Assembly: GCF_009914755.1 (NCBI RefSeq)
Contig: NC_060926.1
DNA from: the human T2T-CHM13v2.0 reference genome, Homo sapiens
Reading direction: 5' to 3' (one strand)
DNA length: 64,000 bases
Shown here: in pieces, positions 41,836-54,199 of the stretch
Position numbering within the stretch: position 1 is the stretch's first letter
Layout: the number at the start of each line of letters is the position of its first letter
Position numbers and translations under genes: made by a program
Notes under the pieces: model-generated
What the model was told of the DNA's origin: nothing
The model's database searches: none
Seen by the model: only the letters and a program-made list of their open reading frames with translations

Positions 41836-42485
41836 AAAATTTCATTGTTCTAATCAATTTTTTAGTGTACAAGTGTTTTTTTAATATCAAATTCAATCTC
41901 TAGATAAATCATTATAATTTCCCTTAAATTATAGACAACTTGATTGTATAAAAGTTTTTGCTTGTTTGTTCATTTTATAAATCCTCGTATTATGACTTAT
42001 ACAGACAATGCTTGACATGCTTGGACTTTCTGTTTTGTCCTGAACATCCCTCTTTATTAAATAACGAGTCATTTTATTCAAGGACAAAATTTACCATACA
42101 AGATTCTTTCTCATAGAATATTATTTATCTTTAAGCTTTCTTACCAAAAAATACCTCTTTATTTCTATAACTTTCTTTACATCTCTCTTATTTCCTGTTT
42201 CCTTTTACCTTGTTTTATGCATAACTTTTAAATAAGCTTTGAATTAGAAAAAAAAATTCACTTTTTTAAAAGAACACTTTTTTTAGAAAGAATGTTTTCT
42301 TACAATATGTTTTTATTAAAAAATACCCAAATAATGAAGTATCAATTATTTAATTTAATATAACTTTAGATTCTAAATATGACAAGTTTCTCTACAAGTA
42401 TTTATCCCATTATATTTACCTAATTATTTTATTTTAATTGTTTACCTAGATTTATGAAAACTGTGATAGTCATAATTTAAAGTTA

Positions 42486-42720
42486 TGAAGCTGCCATAAC
42501 AGAGACAGTGAAAAATATCTGACCTAACTGACTCCATCTTGCTTCTAACTTCCAAGCTGCCCTTTTTCATTCCTGGGAGTTGGCCCAACTAACTTTGGGA
42601 GGAACTTAGTTTATAGTTTACCTCTGAAACAAAGATGATAACAGTCCTTTCCCAAAACAAACCTCCTTCCTGCCTATGGACTAGACTGCTTAAAGCCACA
42701 AGATTAGAAGTTATGGTAAT
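42486..42720 (+). mobile_element. LTR8-like 5' fragment embedded antisense in MER4-int
   Basis: gactccatcttgcttctaacttccaagctg...ctaactttgggaggaacttagtttatagttt...gccacaagattagaa matches recalled LTR8. Confidence 0.8.
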
Positions 42721-44035
42721 TTTACTAATTCAAGATGTAGCTATTGTCAGTAAACCAGTATCAATGTCTTATATGTTTAAAATTACACAAGCAAATATCA
42801 TTCTGTTTTGGGCTGGGTTTATAGTTTTATAACCCCTATGCCAGATTTTGACACCTTATAGTATTTGGCGGGGATAAGTGTAAAATTTCTTGATAAATAA
42901 ATGCAAACTAAAATGTATGTTGGCAATTCTTAAGACATTTCTAATATTACTTTACCAATAATTTTAAAGCTACCTTATTTAATAAAGATTTTACTTAAGA
43001 CACATAGACTTAAAAAAGCATTTGACTAGTCTCCTTTTTTTCTGATAAAGTATTTAAGTGCTTTTATTTTTCTTTAAGCAAATTAAGTAGAGCTCTTTTA
43101 TATATTTTTAGTAGTTGTGTATACAACACATAAATACATAGACGTATTAGGCATCCCGATAGAAGTACATCTTATAGATTTCTAAGATCCCCTTGTTTTT
43201 ATTTTTCCTATCTTAGACTTGCAAACTCTTGATAACCTGTTTCATTACCCTGACAGTTGTCAGCTAAATAGCTCTAAATCTGCATATCGAAGGAAACAAC
43301 TCTTAGATGAAAAATCAGGTAGCAAAATATACATCTCAAGGTATGGAGAGAAAAAGTCAGGTGGTGCTAGAGGGAGATTAAAGGTGGATACAAAATAAAA
43401 CATAAAATTATAGAAACCTATTATAAGATTGAATAAGGAGGCCAATTTTATTTAGATAGGGACTACCAATCTTTTAACTGGATCTCTGAGGTCTGGGCAG
43501 AGACCACCCTGAATCCTGAGTCTTCAAAAGGGGAGAATTATTATGAGGCTAAATCACATGATGCTTTTACAGTGCACTTAAATTTTTATTTTTAAACAAA
43601 GACATTTCTAAATGTCTAAACTATACTCTTCCTTAAAAACCCAAGAGTAGCCTCTTTTGCAATAGCTATTTTAGTCAAAAATTCAGGTAACACAGTACAA
43701 AAGGAAGCACTTTAAGAGCTGAGACAAATTTGTCTGTTTACACTGTTGGGATTCCATAAGGAAAGACAGAGGTTTCTCCCCAAAAGGGAGCCTGGCGCCT
43801 TCTCCATTTTCTTTAAGGAACCTCAGGCTGTCATAAACTATTTGAGGTCCCTCATGCAGCAGAGGGTGCAAGAGAAAGGAGAGCCAGCAGAAGTAAATGA
43901 AGAAAACAGAATTCATTTAACTGGAAGAAAAAAAACTTTTGCTCAAAAAAAGACAAGGTCCTAGGAGAGAAAAAACAACAAACAACAACAAAAACATGAA
44001 GGCCTTTTAAATACAAACACACACAGGCATACATA

Positions 44036-44038
<3 letters not shown>

Positions 44039-44068
<30 letters not shown>
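44039..44068. repeat. (AC)15 microsatellite
   Basis: Read directly from the sequence. Confidence 0.97.
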
Positions 44069-44070
<2 letters not shown>

Positions 44071-45046
44071 CTTGGATGTTAGCTTTTAATTAAGCTGACT
44101 TTTAACCATTGATCTCCTTTAACAAAAAATCTTTTAAAATTTCATTACCATATTTAAGCTAGGAAAAATTGCTGCTACTTCAGAAGTGTCAAGTATCAAA
44201 CCATAAAGGACTTGACTTAGGAACTAAACCCAGGCTGTCATGGTGGAAAAAATGAAGGCAGAACCTTAGCTATGGAACTGCAGCATGGGGAGACTGCCAT
44301 TGCTCTTTCAGTTTGGCCTGGCTAGCAGAAAGGTAGCCTTGTTATGTAAATAAAATAAAGCCCTTAAGGAGTCAAAATAAAAAAATATTTTCTTTTTTTT
44401 TGGCAATTTATCCACTTCAGAGGTCTTGTTTCCATAATTTGGAACTTTCCTTCATAATTGTTCAAATCAGATAAAGTTGGTCAAACCAGATGGGAAAAAG
44501 ACCAAAAGAACAATAAAAACAGAAACAAAGGAACAACAACAACAAAAAGACCAGTTAAGCAAAACAAACAAATAATCACATAACTTATAGGATTATTGAA
44601 CTCTCTAATGCTAAGGAGAACTTAATACCAGCTGATTATTAATCTTCACTTTAGCCAAGATAAACTCCAATTCAGTAACTTACCTACGGATGGGTCTCAG
44701 GCTGAAGTCTGCTCTCTACCATCCTAGAAGCAGGGAAAAACTTCAAACTGTCTTCCCTGTTGGGAGTGAGTTCAAACTCCTTAAAGAAGTTACCTGCCTT
44801 CCATCATCAGGAAAGCAGGAAAAACTTGCCTTCCTTGTGTTGGAAGCAAGTAAAACTCCAAAAAAAACAGAGTTGCACAGCAAAATAAACTTTAGATTTG
44901 GGCCAAATTTTGGGAGATCAGGGATTCTCTGGAAGGGTTGTGTCTAGGCCTCAGCAAATTGTCCTATTGGTTTGAGCCATAAAGACAGCTGAAGCTGGTA
45001 CTAGCACCTATAGAAGATTTGTCAAAGGTTAGCACCTCCACTCAGA

Positions 45047-45064
45047 ATCCCTTCATAGTTACGG
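45047..45064 (-). other. Retroviral primer binding site, tRNA-Arg(UCG)-like, decayed
   Basis: Plus strand gaatcccttcatagttacgg versus the recalled tRNA-Arg 3' end GAATCCCTTCGTGGTTACCA; lies 3 nt from the LTR end. Confidence 0.7.
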
Positions 45065-45067
45065 AAA

Positions 45068-45510
45068 TGTGAACCCCAAATATCTGAGACGTATCTCAGT
45101 TAACTTAGAAAGATTATGTTGCGAAAGCTGAGGACTCATGCCTGTGACACAGCCTTAGGAAGTCCTGACGACATGTGCCAAAGGTGGTTGGGGCCCAGCT
45201 TTGTTTTATACATTTTAGGGAGGCATGAGATATCAATCAATATATGTAAGATGTACATTGGTTCTGCCCAGAAAGGTGGGTCAATTTGAAGCAGGGAGGA
45301 GGCTTCTAGGTAGGCGAGAGACAAACAGTTGCATTCTTTTGAGTTTCTGATTAGCCCTTCCAAAGGAGACAATCATATATGCATTTATCTCAGTGAGCAG
45401 GGGGATAACTTTGAATAGAATGGGAGGCAGGTTTGCCCTAAGCAGTTCCCAGCTTGATTTTCCCGTTATCTTAGTGATTTTGGGTCCCCAAGATGTATTT
45501 TCCTTTCAAA
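45068..45510 (-). mobile_element. MER4A1 5' LTR of the truncated provirus
   Basis: Collinear with the LTR at 18444-18890; tgtgaacccc...tttcctttca. Confidence 0.93.
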
Positions 45511-46394
45511 GTATTTATCTTACATCTATTTCTCCTTCTCTAACAGGGATGGTAAAGCAAACATATTTTTGTTTTGATAGCATTTGATATCTATTCAACT
45601 TTTCCTTATTAGTAGTTTTGCAACTCTATCAACATAATTTAGTTATATATAATTTATTTTTTCTAGGTGTGAATAGATAGAACATATTTAATATAAAGTC
45701 TTAATATGAGTTCATATTTAAATGAATTTCTAAATTACCTGATTTAGAAAAATTGTTCAATGGAAACTATCTCCTTTTATTGCATTCTTTCTAATAACTC
45801 AGAGTGATAGCAAGTGAAAACGTGCTTTCATTCCTGTTTATTTTCATTCAAAAAAATCACAGGGGTATTATTCACAGATTTGCATTTTATTTTCTGATAT
45901 AAATCTCAAATATGCACCTGGTATGTTTATATAACTGTGTTTTTTTATGTGGGGCATTAAAATTTACTCTAAACTTGGCATTTACTTCTAGCTTTTTCTC
46001 TGGCATGTTGTTTTAAAAATTAATAAATAAGATAGAAAATTTGAGAAATGGTAAAATTTGGGGCTAAGAAACAGAAGGGAGTAGAACAAATGGGATTTTT
46101 AAAATCAGAGGGGACGATTTGAACAGCACGCTAAAATGCATAGAAGTAAGCAAAATTTCAGTGCTTGAATAGAGGGACAAAATGGTAATAATTCTAGGGA
46201 AATACTATGTTAAGAAGTGGTTACCACTAACTCTCCAAAATGCATAAATAAAAAGGCTGAATATGAAAAACTCAGAAAAGCAAAGAATAAAGTGTAAACT
46301 TGCTATGATTGTTTCAAACCATAATGAAGGGATAGCCGATACTGCCATGTTAGCAATACTGTTGCAGAGAAGATGATCAGGCCTGTAGTTTTGA

Positions 46395-47384
46395 AATATC
46401 ATCTATATGCTTCAGTCCAGACCCCTTGTCTGAATTTCAATTTCCTGTTGTCAACTTTCTACTCTACATCCTCAGCTGTATGTCTATTAGTATAGTTACA
46501 AATCAAACTCAGTATGTCTAAAAGTTAAATATACTCTAAACATTTACCATCTATGTGATGGTGTAATTTCATTTTTTAGTAGCTCTGGCCAGTAGCTAGA
46601 TATTATTCTTAATTTCTGTATTTCTTTTACATCTTATATGAGATGATCACAAGATGCATTGATTTTAGCTAAACATATACTCAAAGATCCTATTACTTCT
46701 TCCCACCTTCAAAACTATCAGCTTGCTCAGCCACCATCACCCCTTACTTGGAATAAAAACATAGCATCTTAACATTCTTCCCTATGCTGTATTTGCTCCT
46801 ATAGCATTGTATTTTAACAGAAAATAATTTTAAAATATGCCATTTCAATCCCTGCTTCACTTCAGTATAGCCCAAATCATTGCCATCTTCTAGATGATAT
46901 AACCCCCTCCTCAGTCCCTTGATATAGCACACTCTCACATTCTCTATACTATCCATATTGCTGTTTGAGTACACCAGATATACTACAGCATATGTGATTT
47001 AGCTTTAGTGGTTTTCCATTGTCTGCAGCATCCCAGCTTCATATATTTGCACAGAAGTCCTTTACTTTTAATTACAGTTTCTCAATAGTCACCATCTCAA
47101 AAAGTTCTATTCTTATCCCAATAGATAATGCTATACCCTGCACTATCTCATTCCACACACTCACAATCCTATTTCCCTGATATCTTGCTTACTTTCTTTC
47201 ACAAGACTTATCAATCACCTTATAACATGTGAGCTTATTATCTTTACTTTTTATTATATGCCTCTTCTTGTTAACCTTTAAGCTCCAGAAATGCAATAGT
47301 TTTTATTTGAATTATTCATTAGTGTATCCTAAGTGACTAAAAGAGTGCCTGGCACATACAGTATGCACTCAACCAATATTTGTT
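46395..47384 (+). mobile_element. L2a 3' kilobase
   Basis: cagtccagacccc...caaactcagtatgtctaaa...agtgcctggcacatacagtatgcactcaaccaatatttgtt terminus. Confidence 0.82.
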
Positions 47385-47628
47385 TTTTTCTCTAATAATC
47401 CCTTTTTTTTCTTTTTAAATTATTATTATACTTTAAGTTCTAGCATATGTGTGCACAACGTGCAGGTTTGTAACATAGGTATACATGTGCCACGTTGGTT
47501 TGCTGCACCCATCACCTCATCATTTACATTACATATTTCTTCTAATGCTACTCCTCCCACAGAGCCCCACCCCTCAACAGGCCCTGGTGTGTGACGTTCC
47601 CCTCCCTGTGTCCATGTGTTCTCCTTGT

Positions 47629-50600
47629 TCAATTCCCACTTATGAGTGAGAACATGCGGTGTTTGGTTTTCTGTCCTTGTGATAGTTTGCTCAGAATGAT
47701 GGTTTCCAGCTTCATCCATGTCCCTACAAAGGACATGAACTCATCATTTTTTATGGCTGCATAGTATTCCATGGGTATATGTGCCACATTTTCTCAATAC
47801 AGTCTATCACTGATGGACATTTGGGTTGGTTCAAAGTCTTTGCTATTGTGAATAGTGCTGCAATAAACATACATGTGCATGTATCTTTATAGTAGCATGA
47901 TTTATAATCTGTTGGGTATATACCTAGTAATGGGATGGCTGGGTCAAATGGTATTTCTAGTTCTAGATCCTTGAGGAATCGCCACACTGCCTTCCACAAT
48001 GGTTGAACTAGTTTACACTCCCACCAACAATGTAAAAGCGTTCCTATTTCTCCACATCCTCTCCAGCATCTGTTGTTTCCCGACTTTTTAATGATCGCCA
48101 TTCTAACTGGCATGAGATGGTATCTCCTTGTGGTTTTGATTTGCATTTCTCTGATGACCAGGGATGATGAGCATTTTTTCATATGTCTGTTGGCTGCATA
48201 AATGTCCTCTTTTGAAAAGTGTCTGTTCATACCCTTTGCCCAATTTTGATGGGATTGTTTTTTTCCTGTAAATTTGTTTAAGTTATTTGTAGATTCTGGA
48301 TATTAGCCTTTGTCAGATGGATAGATTGCAAAAATTTTCTCCCATTCTGTAGGTTGCCTGTTCACTCTGATGGTAGTTTCTTTTGCTGTGCAGAAGCTCT
48401 TTCGTTTAATTAGATCCCATTTGTCAATTTTGGCTTTTGTTGCCATTGCTTTTGGTGCTTTAGTCATAATGTCTTTGCCCATGCCTGTGTCCTGAAGAGT
48501 ATTGCCTAGGTTTTCTTCTAGGGTTTTTATTGTTTTAGGTCTTTCATTTAAGTGTTTAATCCATCTTGAGTTAGTTTTTGTATATGGTATATGGAAGGGA
48601 TCCAGTTTCAGCTTTCTGCATATGGCTAGCCAGTTTTCCCAGCACCATTTATTAAATAGGGAATCCTTTCTCCATTGCTTGTTTTTGTCAGGTTTGTCAA
48701 ATATTAGATAGTTGTAGATGTGTTCTGAGGCCTCTGTTCTGTTCCATTTATATATCTGTTTTGGTACCAGTACCATGCTGTTTTGGTTACTATAGTCCTG
48801 TGGTATAGTTTGAAGTCAGGTAGCATGATGCCTCCAGCTTTGTTCTTTTTGGTTAGGATTGTCTTGGCTATGTGAGCTCTTTTTTGGTTCCATTAGAATT
48901 TAAAGTAGTTTTTTTCAATTCTGTGAAGAAAGTCAGTGGTAGCTTGATGGGGGTAGCATTGAATCTATAAATTACCTTGGGCAGTATGGCCATTTTCACG
49001 ATATTGATTTTTCCTATTCATGAGCACAGAATGTTCTTCCATTTGTTTGTGTCCTCTTTTATTTCATTGAGCAGTGGTTTGTAGTTCTCCTTGAAGAGGT
49101 CCTTCGCATCCCTTTTAAGTTGGATTTCTATGTATTTTATTCTCTCTATAGTAATTGTGAATGGGAGTTCACTCATGATTTGGCTCTCTGTCTGTTCTTG
49201 ATGTATAGGAACGCTTGTGATTTTTGCACATTGATTTTGTATCCTGAGACTGCTGAAGTTGCTTATCAGCGTGAGAAGATTTTGGACTGAGATGATGGGG
49301 TTTTCTAAATATAAAATCATGTCATCTGCAAACAGAGACAATTTGAATTCCTGTCTTCCTAATTGAATACTCTTTATTTCTTTATCTTGTCTGATTGCGC
49401 TGGCCAGAACTTACAATACTGTGTTGAATAGGAGTTGTGAGAGAGGGCATCCTTGTCTTTTGCCAGTTTTCAATGAGAATGCTTCCAGTTTTTGCCCATT
49501 CAGTATGATATTGGCTATGGGTTTGTCATAAATACCTCTTATTATTTTGAGATATATTCCATCAATACCTAGTTTATTGAGAGTTTTTAGCATGAAAGGC
49601 TGTTGGATTTTGTTGAAGGTCTTTTCAGCTTCTATCGAGATAATCATGTGGTTTTTGTCATTGGTTCTGTTTATGTGATGGATTACATTTATTGATTTGT
49701 GCATGTTGAACCAGCCTTGCATCCCAGGGATGAAGACGTCTTGATCATAGTGAATAAGCTTTTTGATGTGCTGCTGGATTCAGTTTGCCAGTGTTTTATT
49801 GAGGATTTTCACATTGATGTTCATCAGGGATATTTGCTTAAAATTCTCTTTTTGTTGTTGTGTCTCTGCTAGTCTTGGTATCAGGATGATGCTGGCCTCA
49901 CAAAATGAGTTAGGGAGGATTCCCTCTTTTTTTATTGATTGGAATAGTTTCAGAAGGAATGGTACCAGCTCCTCTTTGTACCTCTGGTAGAATTCATCTG
50001 TAAATCCATCCGGTCCTGGACTTATTTTGGTTGGTAGGCTATTAATTATTGCCGCAATTTCAGAGCGTGTTATTTGTCTATTCAAAGATTCAAATAATTC
50101 CTGGTTTAGACTTGGGAGGGTGTATGTGTCTAGGAATTTATCCATTTCTTCTAGATTTTCTAGTTTATTTGTGTAGAGGTGTTTATAGTATTCTCTGATG
50201 GTAGTTTGTATTTCAGTGGGATCTGTGGTGATATCCCCTTTATTATTGTTTACTACGTCTATTTGATTCTTCTCTCTTTTTTTCTTTATTAGTCTTGCTA
50301 GTGGTCTATCTCTTTTGTTGGTCTTTTAAAAAAAACAACTCCTGGATTCATTGATTTTTTGAAGGGTTTTTTTGTATGTGTGTCTCCTTCAGTTCTGCTC
50401 TGATCTTAGTTATTTCTTGTCTTCTGCTAGCTTTTGAATTTGTTTGCTCTTGCTTCTCTAGTTCTTTTAATTGTGATGTTAGGGTGTTGATTTTAGATCT
50501 TTCCTGCTTTCTCTTGTGGGCATTTAGTGCTATAAATTTCCCTCTACACATTGCTTTAAATATGTCCCAGAGATTCTTGTACGTTGTGTCTTTGTTCTCA

Positions 50601-51434
50601 TTGGTTTCAAAAACATCTTTATTTCTGCCTTCGTTTCATTACTTACCCAGGTGTCATTCAGGAGCAGGTTGTTCAGTATCCATGTAGTTGTGCAGTTCTG
50701 AGCGAGTTTCTTAATCTTGAGTTCTAATTTGATTGCACTGCAGTCTGAGCGACAGTTTGTTGTGATTTCTGTACTTTTACATTTGCTAAGGAGTGTTTTA
50801 CTTCCAATTATGTGGTCAATTTTAGAATAAGTGCAATGTGGTGCTAAGAAGAATGTATATTCTGTTGATTTGGAATGGAGAGTTCTGTAGATATCTATTA
50901 GGCCCGTTTGGTCCAGAGCTGAGTTCAAGTCCTGGATATCCTTGTTAATTTTCTGTCTCATTGACCTGTCTAATATTGACAGTGGGGTGTTAAAGTCTCC
51001 CATTATTATTGTGTGGGAGTCTAAGTCTCTTTGTAGGTCTCTAAGAACTTGCTTTATGAATCTGGGTGCTCCTGTATTGGGTACATATGTATTTAGGATG
51101 CCTAGCTCTTCTTGTTGAATTGATTCATTTACCACTATTAAATGGCCTTCTTTGTCTCTTTTGATCTTTGTTGGTGTAAAGTCTGTTTTATCAGAGACCA
51201 GGATTGCAATCCCTGCTTTTTTTTTTTTTGCTTTCCATTTGCTTGGTAGGTCTTCCTCCATCTCTTTATTTTGAACCTATGTGTATCTTTGCACATGAAA
51301 TGGGTTTCCTGAATACAGCACACCGATGTTTCTAGACTCTTTATCCAATTTGCCAGTCTGTGTCTTTTAATTGGGGCATTTAGCCCATTTACATTTAAGG
51401 TTAATATTGTTATGTGTGAATTTGATCCTGTCAT
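47629..51434 (-). pseudogene. L1 ORF2 (endonuclease / reverse transcriptase), many frameshifts and stops
   Basis: MTGSNSHITILTLNVNGLN start; [10 protein letters not shown] (endonuclease); QGCPLS and LFADDM (RT); [18 protein letters not shown] (C-terminal); split over about 10 ORFs. Confidence 0.97.
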
Positions 51435-51497
51435 TATGATGCTAGCTGGATATTTTGCCCGTTAATTGATGCAGTTTCTTCATAGCATCGATGGTCT

Positions 51498-52526
51498 TTA
51501 CCATTTGGAATGTTTTTGCAGTGTCTGGTACTGGCTGTTCCTTTGAATGTTTAGTGCTTCCTTCAGGAGCTCTTGTAAGGTGGGCCTGGTGGTGACAATA
51601 TCTCTCAGCATTTGCTTTTCTGTAAAGGATTTTATTTCTCCTTCACTCATGAGGCTTACTTTGGCTAGATAAGAAATTCTGGGTTGAAAACTCTTTTTTT
51701 AAGAATGCTGAATATTGGCCTCCACTCTCTTCTGGCTTGTAGGGCTTCTTCCGAGAGATCCACTCTTCGTCTGATGGGCTTCCTTTTGTGGGTAACCCGA
51801 CCTTTCTCTCTGGCTGCCCTTAACATTTTTTCCTTCATTTCAACCTTGGTGAATCTGACAGTTATGTGTCTTGGAGTTGCTCTTCTCAAGGAATATCTGT
51901 GTAGTGTTCTCTGTATTTCCTGAATTTGAATGTTGGCCTGCCTTGCTAGATTGGGGAAGGAAGTTCTCCTGGATAGTACCTTGAAGAGTGTGTTCTAACT
52001 TGGTTCCATTCTCCTCGTCACTTTCAGGTACACCAATCAAATGTAGATTTGGTCTTTTCACATAGTCCCATATTTCTGGGAGGTTTTGTTCATTTCTTTT
52101 CACTCTTTTTTCTCTAATCTTGTCTTCTCGCTTTATTTCATTAATTTGATCATCAATCACTGATATCCTTTCTTCCACTTGATTGAATTGGCTACTGAAG
52201 CTTGTGCATGCTTCACAAAGTTGTCATACTGTGGTTTTCAGCTCTATCAGGTAATTTAAGGTCTTCTCTACACTGTTTATTTTACTTAGCCATTCATCTA
52301 ACCTTTTTTCAAGGTTTTTAGCTTCCTTGCAATGGTTTAGAACATGCTTCTTTAGCTCGGAGAAGTTTGTTATTACCGACCTTCTGAAGGCTACTTCTGT
52401 CAACTTGTCAAACTCATTCTCCACCCAGTTTTGTTCACTTGCTGGCAAGGAGTTGTGTTCCTTTGGAGGAAAAGAGGCATTCTGGTTTTTGGAATTTTCA
52501 GCATTTCTTCTCTGGTTTCTCCCCAT
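51498..52526 (-). pseudogene. L1 ORF1 (RNA-binding chaperone), disrupted
   Basis: MGRNQRRNAENSK start; EIWDYVKRPNL; RRATPRHITVRFTKVEMKEKMLRAAREKG; split into fragments. Confidence 0.95.
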
Positions 52527-53127
52527 CTTCATGGTTTTATCTACCTTTGGTCTTTGATGTTGGTGACCTACAGATGGAGTTTTGGTGTGGATGTCCTTTT
52601 TGTTGATGTTGATGCTATTCTTTTCTGTTTGTTACTTTTCCTTCTAACAGTCAGGCCCCTCAGCTCCAGGTATGTTGGAGTTTGCTGGAGGTCCACTCCA
52701 GACCCTGTTTGCCTGGGTATCACCAGTGGAGGCTGCAGAACAGCAAACATTGCTGCCTGATCCTTCCTCTGGAAGCTTTGTCCCAGAGGGGTACCCACCT
52801 GTATGAGGTGTCTGTCAGCCCTTACTGGGAGGTGTCTCCCAGTCAGACTACACGGGGGTCAGGGACACACTTGAGGAGGCAGTCTGACCATTATCAGAGC
52901 TCGAACACCATGCTGGGAGAACCACTGCTCTCTCAGAGCTGTCAGGCAGGGATGTTTAAGTCTGCAGAAGCTGTCTGCTGCCTTTTGTTCAGATATGCCC
53001 TGCCCCCAGAGGTGGAATCTAGAGAGGCAGTAGGCCTTGCTGAGCTGCAGGGTACTCTGCCCAGTTCAAGTTTCCCTACCACTTTGTTTACACCGTGAGC
53101 ATAGAACTGCCTACTCAAGCCTCAGCA

Positions 53128-53267
53128 GTGGCAGATGCCTCTCCCCCACCAAGCTCCAGCATCCCAGGTCGATCTCAGACTGCTGTGCTAGCAGCGAGCA
53201 AGGCTCCAGGGGCATGGGACCTGCGGAGCCAGCCGTGGGAGGGAATGTCCTGGTCTGCTGGTTGTGA
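53128..53267 (+). pseudogene. L1 antisense ORF0 remnant
   Basis: VADASPP in one frame, then SISDCCASSEQGSRGMGPAEP in another, versus recalled ORF0 MAGAPPP...SLISDCCASNQRDSVGVGPSEP. The ATG is GTG here and there is a frameshift. Confidence 0.75.
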
Positions 53268-54199
53268 AGACCATGGGAAAAGTGTAGTATTTGGGCAGTA
53301 GTGTACCGTTCCTCCAGTTACAGTCTTTCACAGCTTCCCTTGGTTAGGAAAGGGAAATTCACTGACACCTTGCACTTCCTAGGTGAGGCGATGCCCTGCC
53401 CTTCTTTGGCTTGCCCTCCGGTTGCACCCACTGTCCAACCAGTCCCAATGAGACGCACCAGGTGCCTCAGTTGGAAATGCAGAAATCACCTGTCTTCTGT
53501 GTCAGTCTTGGTGGGAGCTGTTTGTTTACCATAAGCAATCAGTCCATAGGCAGTTAGACTAAAAACATTCCCTAAAAAAGAATTCTTCCAATAACAAAAA
53601 TAATCAATTTTCCAAGTAATTGTTTATCAACATGTATATAAGAATATTAGACTGGGTTATCTGTCTTTTTCCCTTCCAAGGAACACACCCTCCCCTTAGC
53701 ACAGGAGAGAAATAGTTTGCAAGCCATCTGCTTCATTCCTTCATTTTTAGTCTAATTCTTTAAATTTGCATATATTATTTTTTTCACTATCATATGTTGA
53801 CCACTTACCTTTTCTGTTCATTGAGTTAATATTTTAAGAAATAAATATAAATTACTATTCTATTCATTTTGATACATAAGAGAATTTTTCCACTTTATTT
53901 TACAATATTCTCTCAAAGTAAATAAACTTTTTTTTCCTCAGAATTTACTCCAAGAAGTGACAAAATTCTAGGAAACAAATTTGTTTTTTACCTTATGAAC
54001 ACTATTATGCTTTTAAGTTTCTATTTCCATGTTGCTGTGCTTTACATATCTGATAAAGTATTCAGTGTAATAATCCCAACTTGGCTTTAAATTGCCTTCT
54101 AACTTTCACTAGATTTTTCCAGATTCTCATAGAACTTATTTTTATTAGTTTAAAAAATTCTCACTGTTTCTAGGTATCCAATAACTATGAACAGTTCTC

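Larger units (their letters stand above)
41890..45064 (-). mobile_element. MER4-int non-autonomous ERV1 internal region, 3'-truncated (no 3' LTR seen)
   Basis: Contiguous with the PBS and MER4A1 LTR; non-coding AT-rich internal sequence with gaggtttctccccaaaagggagcctggcgccttctcc and gacatgcttggactttct. Confidence 0.85.
47402..53521 (-). mobile_element. Near-full-length primate LINE-1, L1PA6-like, inactive
   Basis: About 6.1 kb with 5'UTR, ORF1, ORF2, 3'UTR and T-tract. 3'UTR ttggtttgctgcacccatca...catttacatta fits L1PA6. Roughly the first 30 nt of the 5'UTR are absent. Confidence 0.95.

Noticed and set aside
45045-45064. tRNA gene
   Set aside because: Only about 20 nt match a tRNA 3' end, at the PBS position next to an LTR; there is no cloverleaf.
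47402-53521. Retrotransposition-competent L1
   Set aside because: ORF1 and ORF2 are split by many stops and frameshifts, and the 5'UTR is CpG-decayed.
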